Shown: in pieces, positions 57,756 to 64,000 of the stretch | Position numbering within the stretch: the stretch's first letter is position 1 | How the letters are laid out: the number at the start of each line of letters is the position of its first letter | NCBI GenBank assembly: GCA_050012475.1 | Contig: JBEKHC010000005.1 | Span: forward strand, 1 to 64,000 | Reading direction: 5' to 3' | DNA from: Candidatus Velthaea sp. | GTDB taxonomy: Bacteria > Vulcanimicrobiota > Vulcanimicrobiia > Vulcanimicrobiales > Vulcanimicrobiaceae | Length of the DNA: 64,000 bases | Translations under genes and position numbers: made by a program | The notes under the pieces: model-generated | Seen by the model: the letters and a program-made list of their open reading frames with translations, nothing else | What the model was told of the DNA's origin: nothing | The model's database searches: none

Positions 57756-59485
57756 TATTTGCTGCCGGGCAGTGCGAAGACGTAGAGCCGGCCGCCGGTC
57801 GGAATGCCGTCGGTTTTGGTGGCCGGCGCCCAAATCGGCGTCGCGCCGCCGTAGCCGGCGAACACTGCTACGTATTGCTTGCCGTCGACTTTGTACGTCG
57901 TCGGGACGCCGACGATGCCCGAATTGGTCTTATAGGTCCACAGAATCTTGCCGGTCTTGGCGTCGAAGGCCAGGAACTTCTGATCGAGGGTGCCGGTGAA
58001 GACCACGCCGCCGGCAGTGGAGAGTGCCGGGCCGTTGCACGGGAGCTTCGTGTCGTAGCTCCAAGTGCGCTTGCCGGTGCTCATGTCGATTGCTTGGAAC
58101 ACACCGTAACCATCGGAGCCGGGCTGCGGAACCACCTTGAACGATTCGCCGAGGTATGGCAGGCCGGCCTTATAGTCCGTGCCGACGCCTTTCATCGTCA
58201 TGCACCACTGATTGCTCGGCAGATAGAGCATGTGATTGGTCTGGTCGTACGACGGCGGATACCAATTCGTGCCGCCCAAGAAGCTCGGGCAGGTGAAGAC
58301 CGAGGTGCCCAGATGTGGGCGCATCTTCGGATCCGTCACCGGTTTGCCGGCGGCGCTGAAGCCGACCACCGACGTGGCTTTGACGAAGGGCTTGGCCCAC
58401 AGGAACTTCCCGTTCGAGCGATCGAGGGCGAACACGTAGCCGTTACGATCGGCGTGAATGAGCGCCTTGACTGTCGAGCCTTTATACGGAATGTCCGCGA
58501 GGATCTGCGGGCTGGTCGAATCGTAGTCCCAGGTGTCGTGCGGCGTGTATTGATAATACCATTTCAGTTTGCCGGTCGCGGGATCGAGTGCGACCACCGA
58601 TTCGGTATAGAGGTTCGTGCCGGGCCGCAGATCTGCCAGCCACGGGCCGGGGTTGCCGACGCCCCAAAAGATCGTCTTCGTTTCGGGATCGTAACTGCCG
58701 GTCAGCCACGTCGAGCCGCCGCCGGTCTTGTACATGCCGGCTTTCCAGGTGTTGCCGCCGGGTTCGCTCGGCGAAGGCACGGTCTGGAATTTCCAAAGCT
58801 GCTCGCCGGTCTTGGCATCGAGCGCGACGATGAAGCCGCGGCCGCCGTATTCTCCGCCGGCGATCCCGGTGATGATCTTGCCGCCTTCGATGGCCAGCGG
58901 TGCGGCCGTCATCGCGTACCCGACGCCCGGATCACGCAGCTGCTTGTTCCAAACGATCTTGCCGGTCATCCCGTCGAACGCGATGACGCGGTTGTCGAGC
59001 GTCTCCATATAGACATTGTCGCCGTAAAGCGCGACGCCGCGATTGACGACGTCGCAGCACACCGTTTTGAGCGCGGCGGGCGGAAGCGTGTGGACGTATT
59101 TCCAAAGCACTTTGCCGGTCGTTGCATCCATCGCGATGAGATGATCGAGCGGCGTCGTCACGTACATGAAATGTCCGTTGACGATCGGCGCGGCTTCGTG
59201 CCCTTGTTTGAGTCCGGTATCATAGGTGAAGACGGGTTTGAGATCGGCGACGTTGCTCGCCGTGATTTGATCCATCGGAGAGAAGCCTTGGCTATCCCAC
59301 GTGCGCCGGTACATCAACCAGCCGTCATCGGTCGCCGCAGCGGTCAGGCGCTCGTCGGTGACGGACGGATATGCCGCCGCCGCGTGACTGGGGACCGCGC
59401 GGGCGCCGAAAAACGCGGCCGTCGCAAGTGCCGCGATGCCGACATAACTAAAGACGCGACCGCGCCTAGAAAGACGTTCGATCAT
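57755..59485 (-). CDS. PQQ-dependent alcohol dehydrogenase (methanol/ethanol family), predicted lanthanide-dependent
   Basis: CCDVVNRG vicinal Cys pair, GGEYG, GVGNPGPW, PHDTWDYD, W-motif propeller repeats, N-terminal signal. Confidence 0.92.
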   Translation of the reverse strand: MIERLSRRGRVFSYVGIAALATAAFFGARAVPSHAAAAYPSVTDERLTAAATDDGWLMYRRTWDSQGFSPMDQITASNVADLKPVFTYDTGLKQGHEAAPIVNGHFMYVTTPLDHLIAMDATTGKVLWKYVHTLPPAALKTVCCDVVNRGVALYGDNVYMETLDNRVIAFDGMTGKIVWNKQLRDPGVGYAMTAAPLAIEGGKIITGIAGGEYGGRGFIVALDAKTGEQLWKFQTVPSPSEPGGNTWKAGMYKTGGGSTWLTGSYDPETKTIFWGVGNPGPWLADLRPGTNLYTESVVALDPATGKLKWYYQYTPHDTWDYDSTSPQILADIPYKGSTVKALIHADRNGYVFALDRSNGKFLWAKPFVKATSVVGFSAAGKPVTDPKMRPHLGTSVFTCPSFLGGTNWYPPSYDQTNHMLYLPSNQWCMTMKGVGTDYKAGLPYLGESFKVVPQPGSDGYGVFQAIDMSTGKRTWSYDTKLPCNGPALSTAGGVVFTGTLDQKFLAFDAKTGKILWTYKTNSGIVGVPTTYKVDGKQYVAVFAGYGGATPIWAPATKTDGIPTGGRLYVFALPGSK

Positions 59486-59510
59486 GCAAGATCCTTTACG
59501 AGTAAGTGAT

Positions 59511-59897
59511 TTACGAGACGACTTCGACGGGTTGTAGAGAGTCGAGTTCCTCGGGCGTATACATGCGCGAACGGGTGAGGAAGCGGACGCCTTCGCCGTT
59601 CTCGAGGGAGAACATACCGCCTCTCCCTTCGACGACGTCGATGATGAGCTTGGTATGCTGCCAATACTCGAATTGCGAAGCGCTCATGTAGAATCCCGCG
59701 CCGGCGATCTCGCCGAGTCGCACGTCGGCGCTGCCTAACAGCAGATCGCCAACCGGGTAACACATCGGGCTGCTGCCGTCGCAACAGCCGCCGGACTGAT
59801 GGAACATGATGGGGCCGTGGCGCTCCCGCAGCCGCTCGATGAGTTGAGCGGCTGCGGGGGTCGCGTCGACACGCGTCGCCGGTTTAGAAGAATCCAA
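59511..59897 (-). CDS. DUF779 family protein
   Basis: [42 protein letters not shown]. Confidence 0.93.
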   Translation of the reverse strand: MDSSKPATRVDATPAAAQLIERLRERHGPIMFHQSGGCCDGSSPMCYPVGDLLLGSADVRLGEIAGAGFYMSASQFEYWQHTKLIIDVVEGRGGMFSLENGEGVRFLTRSRMYTPEELDSLQPVEVVS

Positions 59898-61434
59898 GCT
59901 TGTTCGGGTTGTAGTTCACGAGAACGTTCTTCGTCTGCTGATAGTGGTCCAGCATGTCCTTGTGGTTCTCGCGGCCGATGCCGGATTGCTTGTATCCACC
60001 GAATGCGGCATGCGCCGGATAAGCGTGGTAGTTGTTCACCCATACGCGCCCGGCTTGGATGCCGCGGCCCATCCGGAAAATCGTGCCGCTATCGCGCGAC
60101 CAGACTCCGGCGCCCAATCCGTAGAGCGTATCGTTCGCGATCTCGAGCGCTTCGGCTTCGTCTTTGAACGTCGTGACGCTCACGACCGGCCCGAAGATCT
60201 CTTCCTGGAACACGCGCATCGAGTTCTTGCCTTCGAAGACGGTCGGCTGGACGTAGAAGCCGTCTTTGAACGCACCGTCGAGCTGGTTGCGCGCGCCGCC
60301 GGTCAGGACTTTCGCCCCTTCTGCGCGGCCGATGTCGAAATACGACAGGATCTTTTCAAGTTGCTCGTTCGAGGCTTGGGCGCCGATCATCGTGCTGGGA
60401 TCGAGCGGGTTGCCCTGAACGACGGCCTTAACTCGCGGCAGCACGCGTTCCATGAACTTCTCGTAGATCGATTCTTGAACCAGTGCACGCGAGGGGCAGG
60501 TGCAGACTTCGCCTTGATTGAGGGCGAACATCGTGAAGCCTTCGAGCGCCTTGTCGAAGAACGCATCGTCGTCGCGCATCACGTCGGCGAAAAAGACGTT
60601 CGGCGATTTACCGCCCAGTTCGAGGGTCACCGGAATCAAGTTCTGCGCGGCGTACTGCATGATGAGCCGGCCCGTGGTCGTCTCACCGGTGAAGGCGATC
60701 TTGGAGATGCGCTTGTTGGAGGCCAGCGGCTTCCCAGCTTCGAGCCCGAAGCCGTTCACAATGTTAATCACGCCGGGCGGCAGGAGGTCGGCGATCATCT
60801 CGATGAGGACCATGATCGAGGCCGGTGTCTGTTCGGCGGGTTTGAGCACCACGCAATTGCCTGCGGCGATGGCGGGCGCAAGTTTCCAGACTGCCATGAG
60901 GATCGGGAAATTCCACGGAATGATCTGGCCGACGACGCCGAGCGGCTCGTGGAAGTGGTAGGCGATGGTATCAGCATCGATCTGGCTGATCCCGCCTTCT
61001 TGCGCGCGCAGGACGCCGGCAAAGTAGCGGAAGTGATCGATTGCGAGCGGGATATCCGCTAACGTCGTCTCGCGGATCGGTTTGCCGTTGTCGATGGTTT
61101 CCGCAAGGGCCAGCACGGAGAGCTTTTCCTCCATGCGGTCGGCGATCTTGAGGAGGACCCCCGAGCGTTCGGCGACCGACGTCATCCCCCAACGGGCTCG
61201 CGCCTCGTGTGCCGCGTCGAGCGCAAGCTCAACATCGGCTGCGGACGATCGGGCGATCTCGGTAAAAGGTTGCCCGATTACTGGACTCACGTTCGGGAAA
61301 TAGCGCCCGTCTGAGGGCGGCACGAACTTGCCGCCGATGAAGTTGTCGTAGCGCGGGCGGAAGGGATTTTGAACTCCAAGCGTCGTGAGATCAAACAGCG
61401 GCTGTGTCGTCTTGGCCTCTAGTGTAGCAGTCAT
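59884..61434 (-). CDS. aldB: NAD-dependent (acet)aldehyde dehydrogenase, AldB/ExaC type
   Basis: [57 protein letters not shown]. Confidence 0.94.
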   Translation of the reverse strand: MTATLEAKTTQPLFDLTTLGVQNPFRPRYDNFIGGKFVPPSDGRYFPNVSPVIGQPFTEIARSSAADVELALDAAHEARARWGMTSVAERSGVLLKIADRMEEKLSVLALAETIDNGKPIRETTLADIPLAIDHFRYFAGVLRAQEGGISQIDADTIAYHFHEPLGVVGQIIPWNFPILMAVWKLAPAIAAGNCVVLKPAEQTPASIMVLIEMIADLLPPGVINIVNGFGLEAGKPLASNKRISKIAFTGETTTGRLIMQYAAQNLIPVTLELGGKSPNVFFADVMRDDDAFFDKALEGFTMFALNQGEVCTCPSRALVQESIYEKFMERVLPRVKAVVQGNPLDPSTMIGAQASNEQLEKILSYFDIGRAEGAKVLTGGARNQLDGAFKDGFYVQPTVFEGKNSMRVFQEEIFGPVVSVTTFKDEAEALEIANDTLYGLGAGVWSRDSGTIFRMGRGIQAGRVWVNNYHAYPAHAAFGGYKQSGIGRENHKDMLDHYQQTKNVLVNYNPNKLGFF

Positions 61435-61529
61435 GCGTCTCCCCGGGTTTGTGGCAAGAAGGTTCCTCTACTAATCGGTGAATTGTAGCTTAGTTGCGTT
61501 AAGAGACATATTCTACGAAAGTTCAATCC

Positions 61530-62150
61530 TTGAAGCGAACGACGCGGATCCTCCTGGCCGACGACCACCCACTCTTCCGGGAAGCGTTGCGGCATGTGAT
61601 CGGCGCTTCTTTTTCGCCCACGGAAATCGTCGAGGCTCACAGCTTCGCAGAAACGGTCCGGGCCGCAGTCTCAGACGGCGCTTTTGATTTGGCGTTCGTC
61701 GATCTTATCATGCCTGGGTCTTCCGACCCGCTTGATGAACTTAGCAAACTGCGCGCGGTGATTCCCGAGACGCCGATCCTCGTCGTCTCATCCCGCGACG
61801 ATCGGGAAACGGTCGAGCAGGTGCTCGCTTTGGGAGCCGCGGCATTTATTTCAAAGTCGGCGACCAAGCTGGAGATGGAACGGGCGATTCGCAGCGTTCT
61901 CGCCGGCGACGTCTACGGTCCGATGGAATTCCATCAGCCGGCGGCAGCGCGATCCGAGATTCTCTCTCCGCGCCAGCGGGCCGTGCTCGAACTGCTCGCC
62001 CGAGGACGCTCGAACCGCCAAATAGCCAGCGATCTCAACGTCGAGGAGTTTACGGTCAAGGCCCACATCTCGGCAATTCTGCGCAAGCTCAACGTCAAGA
62101 GCCGCCTGGAAGCCGTCGTGGTCTCGAAGTCGATCCTCGACGGGCGTTAA
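61530..62150 (+). CDS. NarL/LuxR family response regulator (ErbR/AgmR-like)
   Basis: LADDHPLFREAL, DLIMPG, FISKS, LSPRQ..VL.LL..G.SN.QIA, TVKAHISAILRKL. Confidence 0.93.
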   Translation: MKRTTRILLADDHPLFREALRHVIGASFSPTEIVEAHSFAETVRAAVSDGAFDLAFVDLIMPGSSDPLDELSKLRAVIPETPILVVSSRDDRETVEQVLALGAAAFISKSATKLEMERAIRSVLAGDVYGPMEFHQPAAARSEILSPRQRAVLELLARGRSNRQIASDLNVEEFTVKAHISAILRKLNVKSRLEAVVVSKSILDGR

Positions 62151-62183
62151 CTCGCTTACTTGCCGACGGTAAAGGGACGACGG

Positions 62184-62609
62184 TCAGGTTCGCCTTTTTG
62201 CGAGCACGCGCAGTCTGGTCGCGGCCGTTCGACGGAGACTCGATTGGAGGATCGTCCAACGCAGGTCGTCGGCATTTTCCAGGTTCTCGAAAAGGTCGAC
62301 ACCATAGCTATACTGACGAAACTGGGTTGACTCGTGAACGATTCGCCCATCAAAGACGTGCATTCGTTGTGTTCCGTCTTTGCACTGGAGCGCTCCCGAC
62401 GGGAACGCAACCGTAATAATGGTCCCGACCGCAATCGGTTCGCCGGCGACCAGCCGCAGACTCGTACTTGAGATCTGGGAGACGTTCGCGATGATCGGGC
62501 CCGATCGACCGGTCGTATATGCCACGACGTGATCGACGGGTACGCGAACGGTACTACGCCGTTCTTCATGCCACCGCTTGTGTGGTATGTGTGAGGCACG
62601 TTGTTTCAT
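62184..62609 (-). CDS. PilZ-like domain protein
   Basis: ERRSTVRVPV (RxxxR), degenerate QISSTSLRL, G.IVH, YGVDL. Confidence 0.6.
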   Translation of the reverse strand: MKQRASHIPHKRWHEERRSTVRVPVDHVVAYTTGRSGPIIANVSQISSTSLRLVAGEPIAVGTIITVAFPSGALQCKDGTQRMHVFDGRIVHESTQFRQYSYGVDLFENLENADDLRWTILQSSLRRTAATRLRVLAKRRT

Positions 62610-62782
62610 TCGTATCTCAATGGCGGAAGCTGGTTGAGAGTTTGACTTCAATATCGGCCGGCGCGCCGAACTCCTGAATCGTGCGCCTGCGCGGAGCCGG
62701 CCTCGGCGAAACGACCCGACGCGGCCGGCCGTAGCCATGCGGCGTTCTGGTTTGGGAAGGCGGGGACACCAAGCGATCTGGA

Positions 62783-63085
62783 AACGGCTCGCGTCGCGGG
62801 CGCGGCGTATGGGTTCGTCGTGCAAGCCCGGGATGAGGCTCGCGTGGCACTCATCCTCTGGGGCAGATGTTGATCGCGACTTTCTGCGAGATCCGTGCCG
62901 GCGACGTCGTCTGGTTCCCGCCCGGGCGGCAGCATTGGCATGGTGCCACGCCGACGACGGTCATGATGCACATCGCCGTTGAAGGAGCGCTCGACGCGAA
63001 GAACGTCGTCGGGATGGAGCAGGTCATCCCCTCAAACGTCCGTTGTTCGCTCAGTTCGGCGCCGCTGCGCATGCCAAAAAGATAG
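62783..63085 (+). pseudogene. Cupin-domain pseudogene
   Basis: PGMRLAWH, frameshift, [10 protein letters not shown], apparent deletion, [26 protein letters not shown]. Confidence 0.75.
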
Positions 63086-63231
63086 CGCTAATTTCGCTGG
63101 ATTGATTGCGATGCCGGCAGTGCAGCCCGCGCCGGCCGACCCCGAGCGAATTGTAATAAAGGCAGGCAAAAGTACCGATAGAGATTTTGACAATCATCTG
63201 CCGACGAGCCTTCGTCGAGAAAAACACCGGT

Positions 63232-64000
63232 ATGCAACGCTATTCGTCTCCTCTGCTAGGGTTATTCTTGTGCTTGGTCGCGATGTGCAACTCATCGCCG
63301 GCTGCGGCGCAACAAGACGGCTCACCAGCAAACGCCTCGCCGCCTTCAACGTGTTATGCCGACCCGGTGGACCTTCGACCGGGCGGAGCAGGCAACTATC
63401 CGTGGGACGCGCCGGCGTGTGCGGCCGCACGAGCGAAATGGGAAAAAGCACACGTCAAGCGGGTCGCAACAGAGGCCTCGTCTCCGATGGTTTCCGCCGC
63501 TCCACCGAGCGTTCTTGCTACGGAAACGCCTGCCACCTCATCGGTAGCAATTCCCATGACGACGTTGCCGGGCGGGACGCCAATGAGCGTCCACCTTACT
63601 TCCGAGCTTTCGTCCAGCAGCGCGCACGAAGGCGACACTTTTGGGTTCAGCGTTGCAAACGATGTTCGCTGTAACGGCTGGCTCGTGATCGCGGCCGGTG
63701 CCCAAGGGGTTGGCGAAGTTACAAACGTCGAGAACGCTGGAGGCAACGGCCATTCGGGGAAAGTTGGTCTGAAATTTGACTACGTGTACGCCGTCGATGG
63801 AGCGAAAGTCCGCGTCTCGCAAACCAACAACACAACCGAAGGCGAACAAAAAAAAGGTGCCGCTTCAACTGCAACTATCGCAACATACGCCCTGATTGGG
63901 CCGCTCGGTCTCTTTGCGCATAATTGGGTCAAGGGGCACGAGGCGACCATTACACCAAAGACATGGTTCGCAATCTTCGTGGCGGATACCGTTCACGTGC
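63232..64000 (+). CDS. Secreted hypothetical beta-rich protein (3' end beyond window)
   Basis: Open frame from MQRYSSPLLGLFLCLVAMCNSSPAAA through LPGGTPMSVHLTSELSS..EGDTF..V.NDV..G.LVI..GA..GEV to the window end; not in the ORF track. Confidence 0.7.
   Translation, partial: MQRYSSPLLGLFLCLVAMCNSSPAAAQQDGSPANASPPSTCYADPVDLRPGGAGNYPWDAPACAAARAKWEKAHVKRVATEASSPMVSAAPPSVLATETPATSSVAIPMTTLPGGTPMSVHLTSELSSSSAHEGDTFGFSVANDVRCNGWLVIAAGAQGVGEVTNVENAGGNGHSGKVGLKFDYVYAVDGAKVRVSQTNNTTEGEQKKGAASTATIATYALIGPLGLFAHNWVKGHEATITPKTWFAIFVADTVHV

Noticed and set aside
61435..61529. Repeated TCTAC words as response regulator binding sites
   Set aside because: The similarity is too short to distinguish from chance without comparative data.
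1..64000. CRISPR arrays, tRNA/rRNA, prophage or defence systems, and a taxonomic assignment
   Set aside because: I saw no repeat-spacer arrays, structural RNA genes, or phage/defence motifs. The gene style suggested Eremiobacterota, but the window has no marker gene to support that.

Overview
A 64-kb window of a GC-rich bacterial chromosome, almost entirely metabolic genes. I found no rRNA, tRNA or CRISPR array. From left to right: (1) a shikimate dehydrogenase C-terminus, a sugar-isomerase remnant, aroK and a FUSC transporter. (2) A 3.9-15.3 kb cluster combining a 4-hydroxybutyryl-CoA dehydratase (AbfD), all five protein families of the levulinate (LvaABCDE) pathway, a PcaD-like lactonase, and a class III PHA synthase (PhaE/PhaC) with flanking genes. 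This is the best candidate for an undescribed system. (3) fumC, a TPR protein, ridA, a small Sm-like ORF coupled to an aromatic amino acid decarboxylase, and two Cys-rich micro-ORFs. (4) A probable tungsten block: AOR, MoaD and two MoeA genes, divergent from an Fdh1AB-type NAD-dependent formate dehydrogenase. (5) A partly decayed island (32.4-40.2 kb) bounded by an IS110-family remnant and a 104-bp inverted-repeat element. It holds two pseudogenes and an ECF41 sigma factor with two matching TGTCACA-N16-GGTC promoters. (6) PucR regulator plus an atypical GlnA, an NRAMP-related transporter plus a soluble MgtE-type protein, suhB and micro-proteins. (7) A NosP/NahK-like sensor pair, an iolC-B-D-A block with a collapsed aldolase, and an alcohol oxidation operon (ALDH, DUF779, PQQ dehydrogenase with the lanthanide DxD motif, binding protein, cytochrome c, unknown exported protein) with a divergent LuxR regulator. 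(8) A PilZ-like gene, a cupin pseudogene and a secreted protein running off the window end. All calls come from recognising motifs by eye, with no database search. Start codons were often moved from the ORF track and are approximate.
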